Shown here: one piece after another, positions 18,543 to 28,931 of the stretch | Layout of the letters: every line of letters starts with the position of its first letter | How positions within the stretch are numbered: position 1 is the stretch's first letter | DNA from: an uncultured Desulfosarcina sp. | GTDB lineage: Bacteria > Desulfobacterota > Desulfobacteria > Desulfobacterales > Desulfosarcinaceae | Assembly: GCA_963674945.2 (NCBI GenBank) | Contig: CAXXWQ010000003.1 | Coordinates: 1-64,000 of the forward strand | Length of the DNA stretch: 64,000 nt | Direction: 5' to 3' | Notes under the pieces: generated by a model | What the model was told of the DNA's origin: nothing | Databases searched by the model: none | What the model saw: the letters and a program-made list of their open reading frames with translations, nothing else | Position numbers and translations under genes: made by a program

Positions 18543-19703
18543 TTGGTCGATTTCCGAAAGGCCTTTCGGGCCGATAAGCGCGACATCTATCTCACCGCCG
18601 CCTTTTTGCTGATATGCACTGGGCTGGTTTTCCTGCCAACCGGATTTGAGCACATGCATCCGGAGAAATCGCATTTCGCACGCGGGCAGATCCTGGAAGT
18701 GGACAATTCTGATATCAAAACACATATGATTGTCAAATCGGGCGTTCAGGAACTGAAAATCGAAATCCTGAACGGGCCGTACAAAGGCCGGGTGGTGACA
18801 TCCCAAAACCCGCTCAGGGCCAAGCTGGAAATCGATGAAATCTATAAAGTAGGCCACACGGTGCTTCTCGAGTTCGGCCTCAAGGACGGAACGATCAAGC
18901 CCGTCTATTGCCGGGGCATTTACCGGGTCCGCACGGCGTTCCTTCTTTTGTGCATGTTTTCGGCCCTTCTCATGCTCGTGGGAGGCTGGACGGGATTGAA
19001 GGCCCTGCTTTCCTTTGCCTTCGCCGCCCTGATGTTGTGGAAGGTGATGGTTCCCTGCTTTCTGAAAGGCTATGATCCGGTTTGGGTGGCCCTCGGCGTG
19101 GTGGCGGCGTTGACGGCGGCGATCAGCTTCATGGTGGGCGGATTGAACCGCAAGGGACTCGTTACCTTCATGGGCGCCTTTCTCGGCCTCCTGCTGACTT
19201 GCCTGCTGGCCGTTATTTTTACGAATAACTTTCAGGTAAACGGCGCCGTGAGACCCTTTGCGGAAACATTGCTCTATTCCGGCTTTTACAATCTGAATCT
19301 AACCAAAATCTTCATCGCCGGCATATTCGTCGCCTGTTCGGGCGCGGTCATGGATCTGGCGATGGACATCGCCGCATCCATGTACGAGGTCATCGAAAAA
19401 CACCCGGACATTTCCATGATAGAACACATCGAGTCCGGCATGGCCGTGGGTCGTTCCGTGATCGGTACCATGACGACGACGCTATTACTGGCCTATTCGG
19501 GCAGTTGCACGACCATGATGATGCTTTTCATGGCCCAGGGGGTTCCCCTGAGGAGCATTCTCAACCTCAACTTTGTCGCCGCCGAGGTACTCAATACCCT
19601 CGTTGGAAGTTTCGGATTGATTACCGTGGCACCATTTACCGCCCTGGTGGGCGGACTTGTCTATGGAAAGCCATTGCGAAAAAGACCGGGCATGAGGTCT
19701 TAA
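18543..19703 (+). CDS. YibE/F family membrane protein
   Basis: GAVMDLAMDIAAS, GRSVIGTMTTTLLLAYSG, AAEVLNTLVGSFGL. Confidence 0.88.
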   Translation: MVDFRKAFRADKRDIYLTAAFLLICTGLVFLPTGFEHMHPEKSHFARGQILEVDNSDIKTHMIVKSGVQELKIEILNGPYKGRVVTSQNPLRAKLEIDEIYKVGHTVLLEFGLKDGTIKPVYCRGIYRVRTAFLLLCMFSALLMLVGGWTGLKALLSFAFAALMLWKVMVPCFLKGYDPVWVALGVVAALTAAISFMVGGLNRKGLVTFMGAFLGLLLTCLLAVIFTNNFQVNGAVRPFAETLLYSGFYNLNLTKIFIAGIFVACSGAVMDLAMDIAASMYEVIEKHPDISMIEHIESGMAVGRSVIGTMTTTLLLAYSGSCTTMMMLFMAQGVPLRSILNLNFVAAEVLNTLVGSFGLITVAPFTALVGGLVYGKPLRKRPGMRS

Positions 19704-19726
19704 CAAAAAATTAACCTCGACCTAGT
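19700..19726 (+). promoter_or_regulatory. Pho-box-like repeat
   Basis: TTAAC(19700) TTAAC(19711) CTAGT(19722). Confidence 0.55.
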
Positions 19727-19995
19727 ACTTTTATGACAATGATCGGGCAATTACGGATAATCCTGATTATCGACAATTGCCATCATCGCTTGTCTGCTGA
19801 TTCATAGGGCAGCATCGCCCGCAACGGCTCCGATCCGAAAGAGGAGTTATGCTGTGAGCGTTCTGTCCCGCAACCGGTTCCGCCGTTTTGCGGCTGTAAG
19901 GCTTCTTGTGGGCCCTTGCAGACGGACCCGGTTGATAACAAATGTTCGCGATACCTTTTACAACAGACTAACAACAAAGAGGAAAGGCAATTGAA

Positions 19996-20721
19996 ATGAG
20001 AAGGTTTACAATTTTAGGAGCACTGACCACCATGATGTGCCTGTTGACGGCAATGGGGCCAACACAGGCAATGGCCACCTATGCGGATGTGTGGTCGTAT
20101 ATAAATTGGGAATCGGTTTCCATCGAGTTCACCGGAAGCGGTTCCTACACAAGCACGATCGAAACCTACGCCTATGCGGAATCGGCAGACAGCGCATATG
20201 TGGAGGACAACGACTTCGGATCTAGTACCGATAGCATGGTCGAATCCGTCGCCGAATTCCATGCCACTGCTTTTTGGGGATGGGGACTGTATGACCGGGA
20301 AGATCTCTACGCGGAGGCATATATAGAGGACAACGCCGGGCTCGCATATGGCGATGCGGGGTATTACGGCACGTACCAGGCGACCACGGCCGGCACACTG
20401 ACCATCTCGTTTGATTACAGGCTGGCATACGATGTTCAAGCCGATGCCAATGAGGAAACCACCGCCTAGGCCTGGAGCGAAATCAATCTCGGCGGTCTCA
20501 CAGATTCGAACCTCATCGACACCGAAGCATTCAACGGCATGGACTTTTTCTCCGAAACACCACTTGATACCTTGCGTTTGTCCATGGATCTTGTTGATGG
20601 TCAAACCGTAGATTTTTCCATGATCACCGGCGTACAAGCCTGCGCCGTTCCCCTTCCCGGGGCCGTGTGGCTGCTTGTTTCCGGTCTGGCAGGTGTAATC
20701 GGTTTTCGCCGTCGTTCATAA
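19996..20721 (+). pseudogene. VPLPG-CTERM surface protein interrupted by one in-frame TAG (20467-20469)
   Basis: ORFs 19996-20469 and 20539-20721 are in the same frame; read-through gives signal peptide...EETTA*AWSEINL...AVPLPGAVWLLVSGL...RRRS. Confidence 0.8.
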
Positions 20722-20750
20722 AAAAGAGATTACCGCCTTCCCCGTTCCAC

Positions 20751-20788
20751 AAAAAAGGGCAACGCTTTGCAAGGCGTTGCCCTTTTTT
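20751..20788. terminator. Bidirectional intrinsic terminator
   Basis: AAAAAAGGGCAACGC-tttgcaag-GCGTTGCCCTTTTTT. Confidence 0.8.
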
Positions 20789-21040
20789 CGGCGGTTCTTC
20801 CGTAGCTATGTTCACCCTTCGATCGGAGCAGCCTCATTTGAAAAGATAGCCCACCCAGCCATTGTCATGCATTGGTGCAGATGACTGCCCCCCGATAACT
20901 GTTATGGATGCGCCTGCCATCGTGGCTTTGTCCCTCACGGAACATGATGGCAGGCACATCCATTTTGGAGAGGAACAAGATGATGTTGGAAATCTAAAAA
21001 ATGATGATTGGTAAAAGATTAAAATATTGTCAGTTTATCG

Positions 21041-22594
21041 TTAGCAAAAAGTCGCGCTGACTTCTTCCGGAGCATCAATTGTAATTTCCTCGCCGGATAC
21101 CAATTCAATCAGACATTGGGTAACCAGACGATCAATTTTTCCTTCTCGTGCCTCTTCAATCAGGATGTTAATGGCCTTTTCCTTTGGCATCGCCTTCCGA
21201 TACGGACGGTCGCTTGCGAGCGCGTCATATATATCCGCAACCGCCATTACACGGGTGACCATACTTATCTCATTCTCTTTCAATCCGTCCGGGTACCCGC
21301 TTCCATCCAGTTTTTCATGGTGATGGCGGACAATATCCAGCGCCTGACCGATATTTTTTTTCAGCGGCAGGCATATTTTGTATCCGATTTCCGGATGGGC
21401 CATCATCACTTCCCATTCGTCATCATCCAGTGGCCCGGGTTTATTGAGAATCTTTCCCGGAACACCAAGCTTGCCGATATCGTGAAGCACGCCTCCCAGC
21501 CGGAGCGCCTCAAGTTCATGATTCGTCAGTTCCAATTTTTTTCCAATGGAGATGGCAAGGGCCGATACACGGTCAACATGTCCTTGTGTATAGCTGTCCT
21601 TGGCTTCAACGGTCTTGGCCATTGAAAATAGGACATTTTCCATACTGGTAAGACTCTTGTTTAATCTTCGTATCCGGATAAGTGATTTAATTCGGGCCAA
21701 CAACTCGGTTTTGTTCGGCGGTTTTGTGATAAAATCGTCGGCACCCGCTTCGATTCCCCTCACTTTTGTATCCATATCATCCAGTGCGGTCAGCAAGACC
21801 ACTGGTATCATCCGGTTTTCCTCGTTTGCCTTGATTGTCCTGCAAACCTCAAATCCGTCCAGCCCCGGCATCATGATATCCAATAAAATGATATCAATTT
21901 CGACCTTTTCCAGTATGTACAGGGCATCTTGGCCGTTTCCGGCAGTGTGAATCGCGTAGTCCAAAGGTTTTAATAGCCCCTCCATGAGCTTCAGATTCAA
22001 CGGCTCATCATCCACGATCAAAACGCAGGGACGATGGTCGCAGCAGGATGGACTGGAATCGGGGCGAAAACTGCAAACCTTGTTTTTGCCCATGACCTTT
22101 GCCTGCTTGAGGGCAGATTTTGTCTCTTCGAATAATTTTTCCGGACCTTTCGTCATGGTAATCGTTGATGTGGAAAGGCCGATACTGACCGTTACCTGTC
22201 CATCACTTTCCGCCTCGATCGTTGCCCTTACTTTCTCGGCGGCTTTTTGGGCGCCTTCGGCATCCGTACAGGTATACAAAACGGCGAACTGGTCTCCATT
22301 GTATCGCGATACGATATCTGAACAGCGGGTATTTTCCTTAATGATAGCAGCAATTTCTTTTAGCGTCCTGTCTCCTTTGATGGCGCCGTACCTATGATTG
22401 AACAAACCAAAAGAATCCACATCGACAACGGCCAGAGAAAAAGCTTTTCCGTACCGCTTAAACCGTTGTAACTCCTGCTCGACATATGCCAGAAAAAAGC
22501 CGTGATTGAATAATCCGGTAAGACTGTCTCTGAATGGAGATTCCGTGTTCTCCTGATAGATGGATCCAATTTTCTCAATCGTATATATTTGCAT
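21041..22594 (-). CDS. Degenerate GGDEF + receiver + HD-GYP c-di-GMP phosphodiesterase
   Basis: DSLTGLFN...YNGDQF; REC domain; HDIGK and HHEKLDGSGYP; likely start MQIYT at 22594. Confidence 0.88.
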   Translation of the reverse strand: MQIYTIEKIGSIYQENTESPFRDSLTGLFNHGFFLAYVEQELQRFKRYGKAFSLAVVDVDSFGLFNHRYGAIKGDRTLKEIAAIIKENTRCSDIVSRYNGDQFAVLYTCTDAEGAQKAAEKVRATIEAESDGQVTVSIGLSTSTITMTKGPEKLFEETKSALKQAKVMGKNKVCSFRPDSSPSCCDHRPCVLIVDDEPLNLKLMEGLLKPLDYAIHTAGNGQDALYILEKVEIDIILLDIMMPGLDGFEVCRTIKANEENRMIPVVLLTALDDMDTKVRGIEAGADDFITKPPNKTELLARIKSLIRIRRLNKSLTSMENVLFSMAKTVEAKDSYTQGHVDRVSALAISIGKKLELTNHELEALRLGGVLHDIGKLGVPGKILNKPGPLDDDEWEVMMAHPEIGYKICLPLKKNIGQALDIVRHHHEKLDGSGYPDGLKENEISMVTRVMAVADIYDALASDRPYRKAMPKEKAINILIEEAREGKIDRLVTQCLIELVSGEEITIDAPEEVSATFC

Positions 22595-22610
22595 TGTGCC
22601 TGTTCTTTCT

Positions 22611-24422
22611 TTAGATCTGATCGATGGTGTCTGCGAACACGCAAACCTGGTTCTTTCCTTTTTTTTTCGCTGCATACAGCGCAACATCCGCGGTTCCGAT
22701 AAGACTCTCGGGCGAATCGCAAAAATCAGGGAAAAGGGATATCCCGATGCTGACGGATATGCTTGCATCCACGGCTTCGCGGATTTCGTGGTGATCGGAT
22801 ATTTTCATCAACAATCTGTTTGCGACACGTTTCGCCACATCTATGTTTGCGTATGGCAGTACGACGGTAAACTCATCACCGCCATAGCGTGCAGCCAAAT
22901 CAATATCCCGTATATTCTCTTTGATTCGTTTCGCGATCAGACGGATACATTCATCACCGCATTGATGCCCATAGTTATCGTTAAACAGCTTAAAATTATC
23001 CACATCGATCATGAGAAGTGCAAGCGGTTGACTATGCCTGTTGGACCGCTTGAACTCCAATTGGATAAAATGCGAAAGATATCCTTGATTGTATAGACCA
23101 GTCGGTCTGTCCAAAATGGCCGCCTGCAGTGCATCACCTGCTTTCGCCCGCAGTTGATCCAGATACGCTTTTTTCTTTAGCAAAGATTTGATTCTTGCAC
23201 GAAACTCGTCTTTGTTAATTGGTTTGACGAGAAAGTCATCCGTACCCGCCTGTATGGACCGCAATTTGCTGTTGGTATCGTTAAGGCTCGTAATCATGAC
23301 GACTTGTATCGGTATGGTATCTTCATTTACTTTGATGGAGTTGCAAACATCGATACCATCCATGTATGGCAACATGAGATCAAGGAGCATGATATCGATA
23401 TCTTTCGAGGAAGATATTTCAAGGGCCTTTTCTCCATTGTCGGTGATCTCGATGTTACAGGGAATATATGACAGATAGCGTGAGAGCAATTTCGCACTGG
23501 TTGGATCGTCTTCGACAATCAGTATGGTTGGTACATCACGACCTGTCTCATTTTCCTCTTCTTTTTCGATCAATCCTTTCGTCATGAGGCTTTGGGATTG
23601 TTTTCTGTTTCGTAACTGGTCCTGATACTCCTTTAACCGAAGGAGCGACAATACCCTTGTTTCTAATTCCTGATGATTCACCGGTTTATTGATAAATTCA
23701 TCGGCACCCGCGTCCAATCCCCTTTTTTTCTCATCCTCTCCTGTCAATGCCGTTACCAGAATTATGGGAATGTTTTTTGTATCGGCGTCTGATTTTAAAA
23801 ATTTGGTCGCCTCGAACCCATCCATGCCCAGCATCATAATGTCAAGCAATATCAAGTCCGGTCGTTCATTTTTCACCTTCCTTATTGCCTCTTTTCCGTC
23901 ACCGGCGGTTAGTACTTGATAGCCTTTTGATATCAGCAGGGCGGAAAGAAGTTTTATATTCAAAGGCTCATCATCTACGATCAGTATTCGATGACCGCTC
24001 ATGGCATTATTGAACAAAACCTGCTTTCTGGTTTTGAGCAAATGGTGGTTGATCCGATTTACAAAGGTTTTGATATTGATTGGCTTTGTAATATAGTCAT
24101 TGCATCCTGCCGATAGCCCCTTGTCCCTATCTTCGTCCATGGCGTTGGCACTAAGTGCAATGATCGGAACATCCCTTATTTTGGGGTCGTTGCGAATCCT
24201 TCGAGTTGCATCAAGCCCGCTGATTCCAGGCAGCTCGACATCCATGAGAATCAAGTCCGGACAAAGAGATTTGGCCGCCTCGATACCCATTTCCGCATCT
24301 TGCGCCTCCGATACATCATAGCCGTTAATTGTAAGGAGATTTGTTACCAGCTTCATATTAAGTGGGTTGTCTTCGATAACAAGGATCTTGCTCTTATCTG
24401 CTTCCGGTTCAACCATTTCCAT
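22611..24422 (-). CDS. Triple-receiver diguanylate cyclase (PleD-like)
   Basis: Three REC domains followed by RDID...RYGGDEF. Confidence 0.9.
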   Translation of the reverse strand: MEMVEPEADKSKILVIEDNPLNMKLVTNLLTINGYDVSEAQDAEMGIEAAKSLCPDLILMDVELPGISGLDATRRIRNDPKIRDVPIIALSANAMDEDRDKGLSAGCNDYITKPINIKTFVNRINHHLLKTRKQVLFNNAMSGHRILIVDDEPLNIKLLSALLISKGYQVLTAGDGKEAIRKVKNERPDLILLDIMMLGMDGFEATKFLKSDADTKNIPIILVTALTGEDEKKRGLDAGADEFINKPVNHQELETRVLSLLRLKEYQDQLRNRKQSQSLMTKGLIEKEEENETGRDVPTILIVEDDPTSAKLLSRYLSYIPCNIEITDNGEKALEISSSKDIDIMLLDLMLPYMDGIDVCNSIKVNEDTIPIQVVMITSLNDTNSKLRSIQAGTDDFLVKPINKDEFRARIKSLLKKKAYLDQLRAKAGDALQAAILDRPTGLYNQGYLSHFIQLEFKRSNRHSQPLALLMIDVDNFKLFNDNYGHQCGDECIRLIAKRIKENIRDIDLAARYGGDEFTVVLPYANIDVAKRVANRLLMKISDHHEIREAVDASISVSIGISLFPDFCDSPESLIGTADVALYAAKKKGKNQVCVFADTIDQI

Positions 24423-24477
24423 CGCCTTTCATCATTTTCCCGTTTTCACCTCGTATCGCATGCGGCTTCACTTTCCA

Positions 24478-25923
24478 CTAAACCGCCGTTTCGGAACAAC
24501 ACGCTTGCTGATGATCCGTTTCATATGAAATTTCCCGCAACGGAAGAACGAAACGAAAATCAGCGCCGCTTCCTTCTCCATCGCTTTGCACCCAAATACA
24601 TCCGCTGTGCAATTCGACAAGTTTTTTCGTTAACGATAATCCTAGTCCGGTGCCCTGGTACTTTCGATTTTTTGCACTGTCTGCCTGTACGAAGGGATCA
24701 AAGATTCTATTCTGGTCTTCCTCCTTAAGCCCGATTCCCGAATCTTTAACGGATATTTCTACCCAATCCGAATCAATACGCCACTCTTTTGACATGGTGT
24801 CGAAATGCCGCTCATCCAGGTCTCTTTGGATTCGTCTGGCACGAAGATGGATGTTGCCTTCATCCTTGGTGAATTTGACTGCATTGGAAAGCAAATTGTA
24901 CATGATCTGTTTTATTTTCCTTTCATCGCATGCAATGGTGCCGGGAATGTTTTCGAAGCCTGTCGATATACGGATTCGATGCTTTTGCGCCTTTTCCCTT
25001 ATCATTGTGACGCTATTTTCAAGCAGATGTTGAAGGTCAACGACGGACAGATATAATTCATGCTTACCCGCTTCTACTTTCGACAAATCAAGAATATCAT
25101 TGATCAGCGATAAAAGATGTTTGCTGCTGTTGAGTACATCTGAAAGATATTCGGTTTGCGTATCATTCAATTCACCGAAATGTTGCTCCAACAGCAACTC
25201 GGTAAATCCGATAATATGGTTAAGTGGTGTTCTGAGTTCATGACTCATATTCGAAAGGAAATCGCTCTTTGCTCTGTTCGCGGATTCTGCTGCGTCCACC
25301 GCTTTTTGTAATTTCTCATTGGATTTGTGGATTTCCGCTGTTCTTTTTGCAACCCGATCCTCCAGTTCCTGGTTGAGGTGTAAAAGCGCTGTTTCCGCCC
25401 TTTGGCGTTCAGCGATTTCGCCATGAAGCTGCTCATTGATCAAACGCATTGAATGTGCATTCTGTTTTTGAACATTCAACATTTTATTCAAAATGTCCTG
25501 GACGGAAACAATACCCGCCACATCACCATTTCGGGTTACCACGATGTGGTCGAAAACATTCGCTTTTTTTCTGTTCATCGCCATATTTGCCGCTTCCTCC
25601 AAGGAGGTGTCAGAATCAACAACCAAAGGAAATCCGTCCATGATGTCTCGGGTAGGCTTCTCGAAATAGAGCGCAACGCCAAATCGCTGGCTCAGGGTTC
25701 GATCCAGATGGATATTCATCACCAGACCAATGGGTTTTTTCCCTTCCACGACAACAATGGCATTGATCGGCTCGCCTTCCTCAAAATAGGTCTTTATTTC
25801 GCTCACCTTGGTGTCGGGTTCAGCCAACTTGACATTTTTCACGAGTTCTCCGATAACAATTTTCTCGGATTGGCTGGTAATGTTCTCGCTGGATACAATT
25901 AATTTTCTCATTTTATACTCCAA
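24478..25923 (-). CDS. Cytoplasmic sensor histidine kinase with an N-terminal CBS pair
   Basis: CBS-like N-terminus; FLSNMSHELRTPL, NLLSNAVKFT, DSGIG, GTGLGL. Confidence 0.9.
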   Translation of the reverse strand: MEYKMRKLIVSSENITSQSEKIVIGELVKNVKLAEPDTKVSEIKTYFEEGEPINAIVVVEGKKPIGLVMNIHLDRTLSQRFGVALYFEKPTRDIMDGFPLVVDSDTSLEEAANMAMNRKKANVFDHIVVTRNGDVAGIVSVQDILNKMLNVQKQNAHSMRLINEQLHGEIAERQRAETALLHLNQELEDRVAKRTAEIHKSNEKLQKAVDAAESANRAKSDFLSNMSHELRTPLNHIIGFTELLLEQHFGELNDTQTEYLSDVLNSSKHLLSLINDILDLSKVEAGKHELYLSVVDLQHLLENSVTMIREKAQKHRIRISTGFENIPGTIACDERKIKQIMYNLLSNAVKFTKDEGNIHLRARRIQRDLDERHFDTMSKEWRIDSDWVEISVKDSGIGLKEEDQNRIFDPFVQADSAKNRKYQGTGLGLSLTKKLVELHSGCIWVQSDGEGSGADFRFVLPLREISYETDHQQACCSETAV

Positions 25924-26025
25924 TTATTCTTATTTTCTCCCAATTATTCAAGTGTTTGATCATTTGGATGATTATAATGTTATAGGCGGCAAAATCCTTA
26001 TCGGCATAAAATTGAACGATCTTTT

Positions 26026-26041
26026 GTTAGATTTCGGTTAG
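26026..26041 (-). promoter_or_regulatory. Pho-box-like repeat upstream of the histidine kinase
   Basis: GTTAG at 26026 and 26037 (CTAAC twice on the minus strand). Confidence 0.6.
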
Positions 26042-26269
26042 CGCATCGAACCGAAGACAACAAACAGGATTGAATCCGAGTATATCTTGTATTGGAATTG
26101 CACTAATCCTTTGAAAACGCTGCGGCTTTGATGATCGGTCATTCTCTTTGCATGGTACTACATGGATTGGTGTCGGCAGGAAAGAATTTGGATTGAATCA
26201 AATATCGTGTTAGTATCCGGTACTGAAAACAAGTAGCCGGCCTATGCCTGTTCAAAATCAACCGTTGTT

Positions 26270-26286
26270 CTAACAAACTGCTAACA
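26270..26286 (+). promoter_or_regulatory. Pho-box-like repeat upstream of the ppx operon
   Basis: CTAACA-aactg-CTAACA. Confidence 0.65.
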
Positions 26287-26438
26287 ATCTGTTGGTATAT
26301 GAAGTATGCAAACAATACAGATAGATATGGCCCCTGAAATGCCTTCTGCGATACTATCAGACGCAGGCAAACTGAATTTCCCCGGTTTATGAGAGTTTTC
26401 GTGATTTCAGAAAAATTCGATCATGATAGGCAAGAAAA

Positions 26439-27356
26439 ATGATGACGATCATGGGCACTCGCTTTGCTGCAATCGATATCGGTTCCAACGCCGTCCGCCT
26501 TTTATTGTCTGAAGTTTTTGACACCGGCAACGAACCCTACTTCAGAAAGATTTCCCTGATTCGCATGCCCATACGATTGGGAAGGGATGCATTTATCAAA
26601 AAAGAAATCTCCGCGGAAAACATCAAGCGTCTGGTTACGACCATACAGGGATTCAGTCATCTCGTTGCCGCCTACAAGCCGGTGGATATCAGGGCCTGTG
26701 CCACCTCTGCAATGAGGGATTCAAGCAACAAAACAATCGTTCGACAGTGCATCAAAGATCGGACCGGCGTGGATATTCAAATTATCGAGGGCAAAGAGGA
26801 AGCCGACATCATATTTGCCAACCAGCCATGGCGTCGTCTCCCCGACAATGGCGCCTGTCTCTACGTGGATGTGGGGGGTGGGAGCACGGAAATCACCATT
26901 TTCTCAAACGACAAAACCCGTTCCCGTTCCTTTAATATCGGAACGATCCGACTCATGGAAGATCTGGTGAAAAAATCCCAGTGGAAACAAATGAAAAATT
27001 GGATTCAAAAGCACACTTTTTATTTTAACCACCTCAATGCCATCGGTAGTGGCGGAAACATAAATAAAATCATAAAGATGGGCAAACATCCGAATCGAAA
27101 ATCCATCACCCTCTCAAACATGAAAAAGGTTAAAAAATGTCTGAAATCCTTTTCGATACATGATCGGATCGTAAAACTGGGACTGAAGCCTGACCGGGCG
27201 GATGTAATTCTCCCGGCATTGAAAATCTACATATCCGTCATGAAATGGGGAGGAGTTGAACAGATCTGTGTACCGCAGATCGGCCTTGCCGATGGACTGG
27301 TTCGACAAATGTATGAACAATATGCGAAACAATTACCGAAAACGGCTGTCAATTAG
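26439..27356 (+). CDS. ppx: Exopolyphosphatase, short Ppx/GppA family
   Basis: AAIDIGSNAVRL, ATSAMR, DVGGGSTE, RADVI motifs. Confidence 0.9.
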   Translation: MMTIMGTRFAAIDIGSNAVRLLLSEVFDTGNEPYFRKISLIRMPIRLGRDAFIKKEISAENIKRLVTTIQGFSHLVAAYKPVDIRACATSAMRDSSNKTIVRQCIKDRTGVDIQIIEGKEEADIIFANQPWRRLPDNGACLYVDVGGGSTEITIFSNDKTRSRSFNIGTIRLMEDLVKKSQWKQMKNWIQKHTFYFNHLNAIGSGGNINKIIKMGKHPNRKSITLSNMKKVKKCLKSFSIHDRIVKLGLKPDRADVILPALKIYISVMKWGGVEQICVPQIGLADGLVRQMYEQYAKQLPKTAVN

Positions 27357-27374
27357 TCGGTTCGAAAGGACGAC

Positions 27375-28931
27375 ATGGGCACATCATATTACCATATTGC
27401 GGACACCTCCGAAGTCGATAAGATGAAATCCCTGCTTCTTCATACCTTCGAATCGATGGCAGAAGTCGAGGACACCACCACATCCAGGTTTTTTGATACG
27501 TTCGATTGGCGGTTGCATCAAAAAGGCTGGCAACTGTATCGCCAAAACCGTCATTATGAAATCGTAGACCAGGCCACCGAGAAAATTGTCACTGCCGTTG
27601 GCGTTAACGACGCCAAAAAGAGAACCTTTTATTGGGACTTTCCCGATTCCCGGTTTTCCGAAATTCTTGGTCAGACAACCCAGATGCGGGCACTTTTGCC
27701 CGTCGCTGATATCGTAAGAGAAAGGCTGCGATTGCACCTTCGCAACGGCGATGAGAAAATCGTCGCCCGCATCGATATCGAAACGTATGGCGATAAAGAA
27801 AACACCACGACCGTGATGCGTTGCCGTCCGAATCCCGTCAGGGGATATAAAAAAGAACTGCGACGGGTCATTTCCGTGATTGAGGCGTTATCTCTCCCCG
27901 AGGAAAACAAGAATCCGGTTCTGGCCATCCTGGAAAGGGGCGAAAGACACCCCGGTGACTATTCTTCGAAAATCAACATCGATTTACAGCCGGAAATGGC
28001 TGCGAACCAAGCGGTCAGATTGATCATGAGAAACCTGGTCGATGTCATGCATATCAACCTGCCGGGTGTTCTCGACGATATCGACAGCGAATTTCTCCAT
28101 GACTTCCGGGTCTCCATTCGCCGTGCACGATCCTTGTTGGGTCAAATGAAAGCTGTTCTCGACGCCGAAACCACCGCTGCCCTGCAAAGCCGGCTCAAAA
28201 CCATGGGGGGCGCGACCGGCGAAGTCCGGGATCTTGACGTGTACTTGTTGAAAAAATCCGAATACACACAATTGGTGCCCGAAACTCTGGATAAAGGCAT
28301 CGTCCAGTTGTTCCAGATACTCGAACGAAAGAGACGATATGCGAAAAACCGAATGGTCAGAGCCATGGCCGGAAACGATTTTGCCGCTGCACTGAGGGAA
28401 TTGGACATTTTTTCCCAAAACGATCCGGTAGCCGTCCCGACTTCGGACAGCGAATCTCCCGCCGTCCGCCTTCCCATAATGGACGAGGCAAAGAAAATCA
28501 TATACAAACGATACCGCCGGGTTATCAAGAAGGGTCGCGAAATTTCGGAAACAACGGCGGACGAAAGACTTCACGACCTTCGCATCGATTGCAAAAAGCT
28601 CCGCTATCTGCTGGAGTTTTTTTCCTCCCTCTTTCCCGGAGATCAGATGAAAGCGCTGATCAGGCAGCTTAAGCAACTCCAGGAAAATCTGGGTGATTTC
28701 AACGATCTGTCCGTACAACAGGCGTTTCTGGTAAATCTGTTGAACACGACATCGCCAACATCGGCCAACGCGGTTGTTCTTTCGGCCGCCATCGGCGGAT
28801 TGATCACGCAACTTGCCACGGCTCACAAACGGGTTCGCTCCCAATTCCTGCGTGTCTTCGAAACGTTCGACACGCCGGACAACAACAAGCGATTCAAACG
28901 GCTTTTTTGCTTACGCAGGATCTCATCGTGA
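27375..28931 (+). CDS. CHAD domain protein (polyphosphate-binding) with CYTH-like N-terminus
   Basis: EFLHDFRVSIRRARS, RDLDV, LHDLRIDCKKLRYLLEFF, LQENLGDFND. Confidence 0.9.
   Translation: MGTSYYHIADTSEVDKMKSLLLHTFESMAEVEDTTTSRFFDTFDWRLHQKGWQLYRQNRHYEIVDQATEKIVTAVGVNDAKKRTFYWDFPDSRFSEILGQTTQMRALLPVADIVRERLRLHLRNGDEKIVARIDIETYGDKENTTTVMRCRPNPVRGYKKELRRVISVIEALSLPEENKNPVLAILERGERHPGDYSSKINIDLQPEMAANQAVRLIMRNLVDVMHINLPGVLDDIDSEFLHDFRVSIRRARSLLGQMKAVLDAETTAALQSRLKTMGGATGEVRDLDVYLLKKSEYTQLVPETLDKGIVQLFQILERKRRYAKNRMVRAMAGNDFAAALRELDIFSQNDPVAVPTSDSESPAVRLPIMDEAKKIIYKRYRRVIKKGREISETTADERLHDLRIDCKKLRYLLEFFSSLFPGDQMKALIRQLKQLQENLGDFNDLSVQQAFLVNLLNTTSPTSANAVVLSAAIGGLITQLATAHKRVRSQFLRVFETFDTPDNNKRFKRLFCLRRISS

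Noticed and set aside
19790..19880. c-di-AMP (ydaO) or c-di-GMP riboswitch
   Set aside because: Only short fragments (TAGGGC...GCCCG) resemble ydaO; the conserved GGGGGAACC / GTCAGCTAAC and GEMM GCAAA / GACGCAAA elements are missing
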